Positions 55,500-64,000 of a stretch of DNA of 64,000 nucleotides are shown here, piece after piece (positions within the stretch are counted from its first letter, which is position 1; each line of letters opens with the position of its first letter). This DNA is from Candidatus Poribacteria bacterium (GTDB lineage Bacteria > Poribacteria > WGA-4E > WGA-3G). A program made the translations under genes and the position numbers. The stretch covers positions 671,050 to 735,049 of the forward strand of contig OZ220722.1 in NCBI GenBank assembly GCA_965116815.1, in the 5' to 3' direction. The notes below the pieces were generated by a model. That model searched no databases and was not told the origin of the DNA. It saw only the letters and a list, made by a program, of their open reading frames with translations.

Positions 55500-55537
55500 T
55501 GTCGACCTCCTCAGATTTGTCGGAAAATTGGCGTGTG

Positions 55538-56128
55538 TTAAACGGCGTTTCGATAGGAATACGCCAATAACAACTTAATCTCTTCCGCCTGCACTTGTTG
55601 CAAGAAACGGGTTACATCCGAATCAGAGTCACCTTCGGCAGCTTGGCACCAATCGATAAATTGATAAGCATCCCACGCCTCTTGCGCTGCAATCGTCTGT
55701 CCGATGTCTGCGAGCGCGTCCGATGGATTTTGTGTTCCGTTGAAAAGTTCGAGTGCGCGTTCACGAAGTGCTGGGAAAATTGGGTGTGTACCAACTCTGC
55801 CGAACCAATATTTGGAGTTGCTGTAGTCCGGTTCACGACGATGCATAATACCGTGCCAGTAGCTGCCTGTCTGGTTTCCTAACTCTTGCGAGATGTTATG
55901 GGATTCGTCCAGCGCGTCGTTCCATAGAAGCAAACCGCTTTTGATGGCTTCCGCAAACGTCGTATTTTTCAGTGATTCTCCCTCAAAAAGTTCGTCAAGG
56001 GATACTGATTCTAAGGCATCTGTCAGTTCACTGTTCCACGCTTTCTGTGGAACGAGTGTGGGGAGTGGGTTCCCTGCTTCTAATTTTTCGATAGTTTCAG
56101 CGATTGCTGATGTGTATGTTACATCCAT
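55538..56128 (-). CDS. Hypothetical cytoplasmic protein (~196 aa).
   Basis: RBS AAGGAG 7 nt before MDVTYT. No motif recognised. Confidence 0.45.
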   Translation of the reverse strand: MDVTYTSAIAETIEKLEAGNPLPTLVPQKAWNSELTDALESVSLDELFEGESLKNTTFAEAIKSGLLLWNDALDESHNISQELGNQTGSYWHGIMHRREPDYSNSKYWFGRVGTHPIFPALRERALELFNGTQNPSDALADIGQTIAAQEAWDAYQFIDWCQAAEGDSDSDVTRFLQQVQAEEIKLLLAYSYRNAV

Positions 56129-56366
56129 AAGAAGGCTCCTTAGCGTCCAAATCAATCTAATTTAAAATTAATTTACCATCTTTCTCCAAATAAATCAAGC
56201 ATTTTTGGATTCCGCGTCCGAAACGAGAAACCGATTGACATTTCTGAAGATTCATGGTAGACTCTACCGATATGTGTTGGCGCAGTTGCAGTCGGTGCAC
56301 TAAAGGCAAAACAACCTGCGTATGCGCTATATACTATTTTATTCAGGAGACGCTTTGAGGTAATTT

Positions 56367-57263
56367 ATGGCAAAAGTTGGACTCATCGGGGTCGGTAATA
56401 TGGGCATAGGGATGTCGAGAAATATCTTGAAAGCCGGACATGAACTGACGGTATACGATGTCCGCCCAGAGCCGTTAGAAACACTTGTACGAGAAGGGGC
56501 AAACGCCGCCGCATCACCGCGTGAAGTGGGCACTGCCGCGGATGCTGTCTTTATCATGGTGCTGAATGTTGAACAAGTTAAAGCAGCATTACTCACAGAA
56601 GACGGGCTGCTGGCAGGGCTCAAACCAGGATCTACACTCATTTGTACAGCGACTATCGGACGCTCACAGGTGATGGAAATTGCCGAACTGGTAACAGCGG
56701 AAGGAATCAATATCGTTGACGCGCCTGTTAGTGGGGGTGCACCGGGCGCGGCTGCGGGCACACTCACAATGATGGCCTCGGCACCAACCGAGACGTTTGA
56801 AGCATCAAAGTCGGTGCTTGAAGCAGTCGGACGGGACATCTACCACGTCGGGGAAGAGGTCGGGATGGGACAGACTGTCAAATCCGCACTCGCAGTACTG
56901 ATAGGTACCACATACACAGGTATCTTTGAGGCACTGACGCTTGCAGTGAAGGCAGGTGTAGCACCGGAAACACTTCGCGATGTCGTTAGCACAAGCGTCG
57001 TCGGGAATTTTCTCTTCAGCGATACAACACAAAACATCTTGGATCGGAACTTTAAGGGACAGAGCAATATCGGTACGATGTATAAAGACCTCACCTTAGC
57101 GAAAAATATGGCGAGTGAATGTGGTGTGCCTCTTTTCGCAGCAAGTGCTGCCTTTGAACTCTTTCAAGCGGGGAAGGCAGTAAATCCTGATGAGGATAAC
57201 TGGACGATTATCAAAATCCTTGAAAACATCGCAGGTGTTGAGGTCAAAAAAACGGAAAAATGA
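56367..57263 (+). CDS. NAD(P)-dependent 3-hydroxyisobutyrate/2-hydroxy-3-oxopropionate reductase family (HIBADH) oxidoreductase.
   Basis: MAKVGLIGVGNMGIGMSRNILKAGHELTVYD is the 6PGDH-type NAD-binding N-terminus. About 298 aa. Confidence 0.8.
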   Translation: MAKVGLIGVGNMGIGMSRNILKAGHELTVYDVRPEPLETLVREGANAAASPREVGTAADAVFIMVLNVEQVKAALLTEDGLLAGLKPGSTLICTATIGRSQVMEIAELVTAEGINIVDAPVSGGAPGAAAGTLTMMASAPTETFEASKSVLEAVGRDIYHVGEEVGMGQTVKSALAVLIGTTYTGIFEALTLAVKAGVAPETLRDVVSTSVVGNFLFSDTTQNILDRNFKGQSNIGTMYKDLTLAKNMASECGVPLFAASAAFELFQAGKAVNPDEDNWTIIKILENIAGVEVKKTEK

Positions 57264-57388
57264 AACCGAAAAACGGAAGAATGGAGGGATGGAAGGATCA
57301 GTGGATACCCAATCTTCCAATCTTTCCAGCATCGTAAGAGCAGAACTTCTGTTATTTGTTCAAACGAAAGAAATTGAAAGGGAATTGA

Positions 57389-58240
57389 ATGTTCAAACTG
57401 GGGACAATCACGGATGGAATTAGTCGGGATTTCGAGTACGCACTTGACACAATGGTAGAAACCGGCTTGGAATACGTTGAGTTACAGTACCTTTGGGAGA
57501 AACAGGTCGGAGAGTTGACGGATGCAGATATCGAGCGAGTCAAGGGATTAATTAATGATCGGGATTTAAAGGTATCATGTATCTCACACCATAACCTCTC
57601 GGCACTTCCTGTGGAAACAGCGGTTGACGCGCCTGCGTATCGCTCCCACATTGAGACATTGCAACGGTGTATTGATGTTGCACAAGCACTCGGCACAAAT
57701 TTGGTGCGGATTTTCAGTTTTCGGAAAGAGATGGTCCTTTTTGGGGCGGAGCCGATTATCTCCGAAGACGCATGGACAACGCTCCTGAATCGTTTAGAAG
57801 AACCTTTGCGAATCGCCGATGCTGCTGGCATTACACTTGTCATTGAGACGGCAATCTCCGGTAATGTGACATCCGCATACCTTGCGAGGAAACTGATTGA
57901 TGAATTGGATGTGTCCCATCTGAAAGTCCTCTGGGATCCGTGCAGCTCACTCTATTGTACCGAAGTCCCCTATCCAGACGGCTATGAAATGATCCGTGAT
58001 TCTCTCGCACATGTCCATCTCAAGGACGGGGTCGTAAATCTCCCAGCGGCAACATTCGATTTCTGTGCGATGCGTCAAGGACAGATGGACCCTTACTACA
58101 ATGACATTGTGGACGCGTTGAAACAGGATGGATATGATGGTGCTATCTCTTTAGAGAGTGTTTATACACCAGAGGGTGGAACGCGCGAAGATGGATTTAG
58201 AGAATCGTTACCTGTCTTTATGGAACTTATGGGACAATAG
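57389..58240 (+). CDS. Sugar phosphate isomerase/epimerase (xylose isomerase-like TIM barrel).
   Basis: Family-typical layout LEYVELQYLW...LVRIFSF...VLWDPCSS...LKDG. Confidence 0.75.
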   Translation: MFKLGTITDGISRDFEYALDTMVETGLEYVELQYLWEKQVGELTDADIERVKGLINDRDLKVSCISHHNLSALPVETAVDAPAYRSHIETLQRCIDVAQALGTNLVRIFSFRKEMVLFGAEPIISEDAWTTLLNRLEEPLRIADAAGITLVIETAISGNVTSAYLARKLIDELDVSHLKVLWDPCSSLYCTEVPYPDGYEMIRDSLAHVHLKDGVVNLPAATFDFCAMRQGQMDPYYNDIVDALKQDGYDGAISLESVYTPEGGTREDGFRESLPVFMELMGQ

Positions 58241-58318
58241 AGACCGACAAAAAAAGGACGCAGCCAATATATAATATACAGACTGCGTCCTTTATTTATT
58301 CTAAGGTACGGAGACCTA

Positions 58319-59545
58319 TTACCTGGCTTTCAAGCTTCCCCAAGTAGTGAAGAGTTTACCAGCAGGTTCGACAGAAACAAATCCACCGGTGTAAACTTCC
58401 CATATACCACCGACACCGGCAAACAAGCTCCAACCGCCGCCACGTTCGCTGACCTTCACCAACAGGACATTTTTACCTGCGATCAGGTTAACTTTGAAGT
58501 CGTCTTGGAAGTCGCCAGCACCACGGTTGACTGGGTTGTTATGGACAACCTCACCGTTGAACCAGACCTTGACAGAATCATCACTACCGACTTTCGCCGG
58601 AACGCCATCCTGAGCTTCAGGAGCGTCAAGGATGATCAATCCATAAACCGAATGGTCGTTGACATCGCCTTCACCCAAACCGAGATCGTTGACGAGATCG
58701 TTGACGTTGTTACCGCCGGTTTCAGAAATTTCACCGACTGTCCATTCTAAATCACCGACAGCATCGCCTGCACTGGCACCGTTTGCTGCGACCATATCTT
58801 CAGTGACCTCACCACCACTGGCTTCAGCGAGTGAATCCACATCGGTGGAATTCGCGCCACCTTGGCCTGTTTCGGTTGCTGCAATCATCCACAGCCATGG
58901 ACCGGTAATTTTTCCAGCCACACCAATAACAGCGGGTCTTATGGCAGTTTCCACATCGGCATCAACACCGGCGAACATACTCCAACCACCACCACGCTCA
59001 CTGACCTTCACGAGTAAGAGGTTATCACCTTGCTTTATATCAACCTGAAATGTGTCCTGGAAATCACCAGCACCGCGGTTGACTGGATTGTTATGGACAA
59101 CCTCACCGTTGAGCCAAACCTTGACAGAGTCGTCACTGCCGACTCTCATATCCACACCGCTCTGATCAGAAGCGGATACAAGCGTGATTAGTCCATAAGA
59201 CGAATGGTCATTGACATCACCTTCGCCCAAGCCGATTTCATTGACGAGGTCGTTGACATTGTTACCGCCGGTTGCGGAAATCTCACCGACCGTCCATACC
59301 AAGTCACCGACAGCATCGCCTTCGTTTGCGCCGTTTTCTGCGACCATCTGTTCAGTGACCTCACCACCGCTGGCTTCAGCGAGTGAATCCACATCGGTGG
59401 AATTCGCGCCACCTTGGCCTGTTTCGGTTGCTGCAATCATCCAAAGCCACGGACCGGTAATTTTGTCTTGGGCATTAGCGGTCATCGTCATGGCAAAAAG
59501 TGCTATGAGACATGCCAACCCTATTGTGAATAGTTTCCTATACAT
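58319..59545 (-). CDS. Secreted protein made of two tandem ~190-aa repeats of an uncharacterised beta-sandwich-like domain.
   Basis: RBS GGAGGA. Signal peptide LACLIALFAMTMTANAQ. The two internal repeats are ~85% identical, each containing KITGPWLWMIAATETGQGGANSTDVDSLAEASGGEVTE...GSDDSVKVW.NGEVVHNNPVNRGAGDFQD.F.V....G.N.LLVKVSERGGGWS.FAGV. Confidence 0.65.
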   Translation of the reverse strand: MYRKLFTIGLACLIALFAMTMTANAQDKITGPWLWMIAATETGQGGANSTDVDSLAEASGGEVTEQMVAENGANEGDAVGDLVWTVGEISATGGNNVNDLVNEIGLGEGDVNDHSSYGLITLVSASDQSGVDMRVGSDDSVKVWLNGEVVHNNPVNRGAGDFQDTFQVDIKQGDNLLLVKVSERGGGWSMFAGVDADVETAIRPAVIGVAGKITGPWLWMIAATETGQGGANSTDVDSLAEASGGEVTEDMVAANGASAGDAVGDLEWTVGEISETGGNNVNDLVNDLGLGEGDVNDHSVYGLIILDAPEAQDGVPAKVGSDDSVKVWFNGEVVHNNPVNRGAGDFQDDFKVNLIAGKNVLLVKVSERGGGWSLFAGVGGIWEVYTGGFVSVEPAGKLFTTWGSLKAR

Positions 59546-59809
59546 GGAAATCCTCCAATTAATTTTTACTTTCTGAATCAAACAGAGTGAATTAGTGTTG
59601 CCCATTCTTGCGGATCCCGTTGCGCCTGAATCAAGAGATCGCGGCTGCAATATCATGTCGGTGTTTACAAAGATAGGACAACTTCTTTAGAGTAGTATAT
59701 AAAATATACCACAATTAAATCAAGCACAAAAAATTTTGTGCGGTTTTAACCGGTAAAAACAATTCCGAATCGAAAACCGCGGAAGGGTAATACCGGTTAA
59801 AACACCAAC

Positions 59810-60502
59810 TTAGTAAGAACTTTTAACTTCCGCCCACCGCGTCGCTAATTTGCCAGCGGGTTCAACGGGAAATCCTTTGAACTTCAGGTTGTATTCCAAA
59901 GGCGCGTCGATACCGGCGAACATGCTCCAACCGCCGCCGCGTTCGCACACTTTAACCATGAAAACGTTATCGCCTTTTTTCAAGTCCACGTCAAATGTGT
60001 CCTGAAAATCGCCAGCACCGCGGTTGACAGGATTTTTGTGAACCTCGTCGCCATTCATCCAGACCTTGACAGAATCATCACTACCGACGCGGGCTTCAAC
60101 GCCTTTCTTCGTAACCTTTGATACAGCATTGATTACGGCGTAGGAGCAGTGGTCGTTGATATCGCCACCGGGGCCCAACTTAATCTTTAGGAGCATGTCG
60201 TTGATGTTGTTACCACCGACTGGAGCGATTTCGCCCTCGGTCCATTTGTAATTTTCTGCAAATTTGACCTTCAGAACCTTATCGGTAATCCCTTCTTTGG
60301 CAACATCTTCCTCGGTCAGTTTACCTTTTGTTGCGTCTTTAATACCGTCGTCATCTGTTACGGCGGCACCACCTCCACCGGCAGGGCTTTCGGTGATCAT
60401 CCACATCCAAGGACCTTCAATTTTATCTAAGGCAGTGGCAAATTGTGCCGTAAGAAGAAATCCAATAGCACACACTGCCAAGAGTACATATCTGCTTTTC
60501 AT
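59810..60502 (-). CDS. Secreted single-domain paralog of the upstream two-repeat protein.
   Basis: Signal peptide AIGFLLTAQFATA. KIEGPWMWMITESPAGGGGAA...GSDDSVKVWMNGDEVHKNPVNRGAGDFQDTFDVDLKKGDNVFMVKVCERGGGWSMFAGI. Confidence 0.65.
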   Translation of the reverse strand: MKSRYVLLAVCAIGFLLTAQFATALDKIEGPWMWMITESPAGGGGAAVTDDDGIKDATKGKLTEEDVAKEGITDKVLKVKFAENYKWTEGEIAPVGGNNINDMLLKIKLGPGGDINDHCSYAVINAVSKVTKKGVEARVGSDDSVKVWMNGDEVHKNPVNRGAGDFQDTFDVDLKKGDNVFMVKVCERGGGWSMFAGIDAPLEYNLKFKGFPVEPAGKLATRWAEVKSSY

Positions 60503-60611
60503 TTTTGAGTTTAACCTCCTTAATATTCAACTAACGTGATAGATTATCACAAGTTACCAAAAATGTCAAATTAATTTTTCAATTAAAATTAAATTTGAAA
60601 ACGTCTATCAG

Positions 60612-60917
60612 TTATTCTATCTTTAACTGATTTTGGACACTGGCAACCTTATCGTTCATTGTTTGGGGTCTGTCAATTCGAGTCCCAAACTTGAGTGTCG
60701 TTGTGATTCGGGGGGCGCCCATTTCATGAACGACCTCGTGGCACCGTCGAATTGCCGCAAACACAACGTCCCATTCACCTTCAATATTGGTGCCGTAAGC
60801 ATGCAGTTTCGTTTCCAAACCTGCCTCTTTTAGCACCTTTTCGCACGCCGTAACGTATTTGGAGACCGATACACCGACACCCATCGGAACAACACAGAGA
60901 TCCGCGATAACCTTCAT
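60612..60917 (-). CDS. MTH1187/YkoF-family (UPF0045) small protein.
   Basis: MKVIADLCVVPMGVGVSVSKYVTACEKVLKEAGL...YGTNIEGEWDVVFAAIRRCHE. RBS GAGGAG. Start at 60917 rather than the track's 61001. Confidence 0.6.
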   Translation of the reverse strand: MKVIADLCVVPMGVGVSVSKYVTACEKVLKEAGLETKLHAYGTNIEGEWDVVFAAIRRCHEVVHEMGAPRITTTLKFGTRIDRPQTMNDKVASVQNQLKIE

Positions 60918-60927
60918 ATAACTCTCC

Positions 60928-61866
60928 TCAATTATCGCGTAATTGTTCCAAAACGTTAGTCGGCAGAGATGCCGCATTCGATGTCGCGACACCATCATCA
61001 ACCTGTGCCGGTGTCATCATCCCTGGCACGACACAGGAGACTGCGGGGTGTGCCAAGATAAATTTGAGGGCGGCTTGTGGAAGGCTGCGCGCTTTGTTTC
61101 CAATGATCGACTTGACCGCTTCTACTCGCTCCAGATCAGCGAGGAACTTCTCACGGGACCACGTCTTGCGGTAATCGTTTTCCGCAAAAACAGTATCCGG
61201 ACCGAGTTGTCCAGAGAGTAAACCTGAGGACAAGGGTTGTCGGACAATAACAGCGACACCTCTTTCAGCAGCGGTTTCCATCACCGGAGCTGCCATATCT
61301 TGTGCAAGGATATTGTAGGTGAGCATCAGCGAAGAGATACCGGTTTCTTCGATAGCCTTTAGCGCATCCGCTTCACTACCGAGACCCATCCCATAGAATC
61401 GGATTTTGCCTTCGGCTTTGAGGTTTTCCATAGTTCCGAACGCGTTGTCCCATTCGGGTGCCGGGGGAGGTCCATGGAATTGGTAGATGTCTATAACATC
61501 TCTCTTTAACCGTGTGAGGCTGCCTTCAACTGCTGAGCGGATATAATCGGGTGAAACATTGAACGATGGGCGTTCCCATCCATGGCTAATCCACCCGTCA
61601 GAATCCAATTCATAACCGAGTTTCGTCGCAATGACGACCCTGTCACCGAGTGCTGAAAAAGCCTCGCCAAGTAGGCGTTCTGCACGACCACCGCCGTACT
61701 GATCGGCTGTATCGTAATAGGTAACACCGCTCTCAAAGGCGTATCGAAGGAGATCAACGGCATCGGTCTCACCGATGTCACCCCATTCGCGTCCACCGAG
61801 CTCCCATGTTCCCATACCGATTTCAGAGACGGTTAATCCTGTACTCCCTAATTCGCGTTTGCGCAC
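60928..61866 (-). CDS. Aldo/keto reductase family oxidoreductase.
   Basis: RKRELGSTGLTVSEIGMGTWELGG...YYDTADQYGGG...IATK is the AKR N-terminal signature. Likely GTG start with RBS GAGGGG. Confidence 0.8.
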   Translation of the reverse strand: MRKRELGSTGLTVSEIGMGTWELGGREWGDIGETDAVDLLRYAFESGVTYYDTADQYGGGRAERLLGEAFSALGDRVVIATKLGYELDSDGWISHGWERPSFNVSPDYIRSAVEGSLTRLKRDVIDIYQFHGPPPAPEWDNAFGTMENLKAEGKIRFYGMGLGSEADALKAIEETGISSLMLTYNILAQDMAAPVMETAAERGVAVIVRQPLSSGLLSGQLGPDTVFAENDYRKTWSREKFLADLERVEAVKSIIGNKARSLPQAALKFILAHPAVSCVVPGMMTPAQVDDGVATSNAASLPTNVLEQLRDN

Positions 61867-62093
61867 TGTTTTCCCCTCACAAGATCGCAAGGCACGAATC
61901 CCTGCGTTTAGAAAACTCTACAATTTAGATCCACTCTCCATTTTATTACATTTGCCATTATTTGTCAAGGGATATTTAATTTTTCTGTAGTTTTGATCTC
62001 TCCATCCGAGGACGAATTTGAGTTGACAAGTGATGTCTCTTTCTGATAAGATATGGTTATGCGTTTGACTCCGCGAAAGGGAACTCATCACTA

Positions 62094-63128
62094 ATGAAAT
62101 TACTGGTCACTGGTGGTGCGGGATTTATCGGGACCAACTTCATCCGATACTGGCTGCAACACCACACAGACGATGCCATCGTTAACCTCGACCTCCTGAC
62201 GTACGCTGGGGATCTCTCCAATCTAAAGGATATAGCGGCACACCATCCAGAACGGTACAAGTTTGCACAGGGTGATATTCTGAATTCCGCTTTTGTGGAA
62301 AGTGTTTTGAAGGAAGAGCGTCCGGATACGATCGTCAATTTCGCTGCGGAATCACACAACAGTCGAGCAATTCTGCATCCACGGCGTTTCTTTGAGACAA
62401 ACGTGATGGGTACACAGGTCTTACTGGACGCGGCTCGGAAGTACGATGTGCAACGGTTCCATCATATTTCTACGTGTGAGGTTTACGGCGAACTTCCTTT
62501 AGATTCGCCCAATAGGTTTAGTGAAGACGCACCCTATCGTCCGCAGACACCCTATAACGCTTCTAAAGCGGCAGCAGATCATCTCGTGAACGCTTACTTT
62601 CATAGCTTCGGCACGCCGATAACGATTTCTAATTGTGCGAACAACTACGGTCCCTACCAGCACCCAGAGAAGTTGATTCCGCTCTTCACAACGAATGCGA
62701 TTCGAGATTTACCTTTAACGCTCTATCGGAGCAGTCATAACCGACGCGAATGGCTGCATGTCGAGGACCATTGCGCCGCAATCGCAGTGGTTCTCAAGCA
62801 CGGAAAAATCGGTGAGACTTATAACGTTGGGAGCGGTGTGGAAAAGAGCATTGAAGAAATTAGCGATTTCATCTTGGATGTTCTCAACAAACCACAGACG
62901 TTGAAAACTTACGTCCCTGACAGACCTGGACACGATTGCCGGTATCTGTTGGATTCGGAAAAGATCGCCCGTGATGTCGGATGGAAACCGGCTATCGCAT
63001 TTGAGGATGGCATACGCGAGACGATTCAGTGGTACGTCGAAAATCAGGAATGGTGGCAGACGATTCAACAGAAAGCAGGCAGTGAAATGGTTCAAGAGGA
63101 TAAATGGGAAACGTTCACACGGAGGTAA
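62094..63128 (+). CDS. rfbB: dTDP-glucose 4,6-dehydratase.
   Basis: MKLLVTGGAGFIGTNF...HHISTCEVYG...YNASKAAADHLV (catalytic YxxxK) matches RmlB/RfbB. Confidence 0.85.
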   Translation: MKLLVTGGAGFIGTNFIRYWLQHHTDDAIVNLDLLTYAGDLSNLKDIAAHHPERYKFAQGDILNSAFVESVLKEERPDTIVNFAAESHNSRAILHPRRFFETNVMGTQVLLDAARKYDVQRFHHISTCEVYGELPLDSPNRFSEDAPYRPQTPYNASKAAADHLVNAYFHSFGTPITISNCANNYGPYQHPEKLIPLFTTNAIRDLPLTLYRSSHNRREWLHVEDHCAAIAVVLKHGKIGETYNVGSGVEKSIEEISDFILDVLNKPQTLKTYVPDRPGHDCRYLLDSEKIARDVGWKPAIAFEDGIRETIQWYVENQEWWQTIQQKAGSEMVQEDKWETFTRR

Positions 63129-63129
63129 C

Positions 63130-64000
63130 ATGATGCAGCTAACCACGGAACAGTTGGCAACATGGGAGCGAGATGGAATAATCGTGGTGCCGAACGTATT
63201 TTCACCGGAAATAATTGCGCCCGCGTTAGAAGAGATTGAACGGAATGCTTATGATGGATTAACTTACACCGAATATCAAGCGAAATGGGGTCCGCAGCCA
63301 GAGGCACTGAAAAGTGCCTATGAGAAGAACAGTGATATGCAACGACTTGGGGGACCTTTTGGAAAGGCAGTGCATTTTCCGACGGGCTTGGAAGCCGTGG
63401 ATAAACTGATTGAAAATAAAGCGTATTTAGCGATTGCAAAGCAGCTGTTAGATACAGAAGAAATTCGGCTCGGTTATGGGCAAATCTTCTTTCGCGAAGG
63501 TCTCACCGATAGTCGTCATAGTGAACATCCATGGCAAGGATACCATATTGATAATGCGACGAACTCACCCTTGCCACCACACCCTGATTGGCAACGCTAT
63601 GGATATGTTCTGACCGCTATTTTTGTACACGACATTGAATTAGACGGCGCGCCGATGCTTGTCTGTCCGGGTTCACAGAACCAGTTGGATAAAATATGGG
63701 CGAAGTATCCGGGCAGAGCGGGCGGAATGGGTATCCCTGATCTGCGTGAGTTTAAGGGAGAACTCTCGGATCCGGTTCCGCTTACGGCGAAAGCGGGGAG
63801 TGTGTCGTTCCGCTCAAGTTACTTGGTTCACGCTGCACAACCGTTTGAGAATAAGAGTAGACAACGTGGATGGATGGGGTTCCACTTCCATCGTGCCGAC
63901 AATGACGATTGGTGCAAAACAACGCGCCCGGTGCCCGGTTGGGGCAGCCCAAACTACATGAAATTTGTCGCGCAAACAACACCTGCTGTCCGGCGTGTTT
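63130..64000 (+). CDS. Phytanoyl-CoA dioxygenase (PhyH)-family protein. Partial: the 3' end lies outside the window.
   Basis: Frame open to the window end. The RBS GGAGG overlaps the rfbB stop. PhyH-like motifs WERDGIIVVPNVF...HIDNAT...SYLVHAAQP. Not in the ORF track because it has no stop. Confidence 0.6.
   Translation, partial: MMQLTTEQLATWERDGIIVVPNVFSPEIIAPALEEIERNAYDGLTYTEYQAKWGPQPEALKSAYEKNSDMQRLGGPFGKAVHFPTGLEAVDKLIENKAYLAIAKQLLDTEEIRLGYGQIFFREGLTDSRHSEHPWQGYHIDNATNSPLPPHPDWQRYGYVLTAIFVHDIELDGAPMLVCPGSQNQLDKIWAKYPGRAGGMGIPDLREFKGELSDPVPLTAKAGSVSFRSSYLVHAAQPFENKSRQRGWMGFHFHRADNDDWCKTTRPVPGWGSPNYMKFVAQTTPAVRRV

Overview
This 64 kb window is bacterial chromosomal DNA at about 50% GC, with dense coding on both strands and no rRNA, tRNA or CRISPR array that I could recognise. 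Gene content (many xylose-isomerase-like TIM-barrel enzymes, sugar-acid dehydratase, an ECF sigma with a long C-terminal extension, giant multidomain secreted proteins) is reminiscent of PVC/Planctomycetota-like or candidate-phylum genomes, but that is inference only.

The main feature, at roughly 22.2-37.3 kb, is a co-directional tandem array of 11 paralogous secreted proteins. Each has a signal peptide followed by two carboxypeptidase-regulatory-like (transthyretin-like) beta-sandwich domains. Nine of them also carry a C-terminal canonical C-type lectin-like domain (CTLD). One member is fused at its N-terminus to an ECF sigma-70 factor through a single transmembrane helix. One is a chimera with two CTLDs. 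The last two are short lipoprotein forms without a CTLD. A repeat of about 50 bp occurs upstream of the first array gene and again upstream of the tenth.

Other notable items:
- A 2442-aa secreted/membrane protein combining an M28 peptidase, a long coiled coil and an FtsX/MacB-type permease.
- A 1331-aa protein that appears co-transcribed with a GH172/DUF2961-like gene.
- A low-GC two-gene ATPase plus TOPRIM-like pair that resembles PARIS/OLD-type antiphage systems.
- A pyrB gene fused to the PyrI zinc domain, with pyrD adjacent.
- A CHAD domain split across two overlapping ORFs.
- Two secreted paralogs carrying a duplicated beta-sandwich-like domain of about 190 aa.
- Two intergenic inverted repeats whose arms are built from tandem TTATCRG/CTGATAA heptamers.

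Housekeeping and metabolic genes include aroC, rmlB, a ROK glucokinase, a MalK-like ABC ATPase, a dgoD-family dehydratase, PhyH dioxygenases, AKR, HIBADH, Ldh_2 and Zn-ADH.

One real gene at the window start (minus strand, 1..1289) is missing from the supplied ORF track because it runs off the window edge. I recovered it by manual translation.
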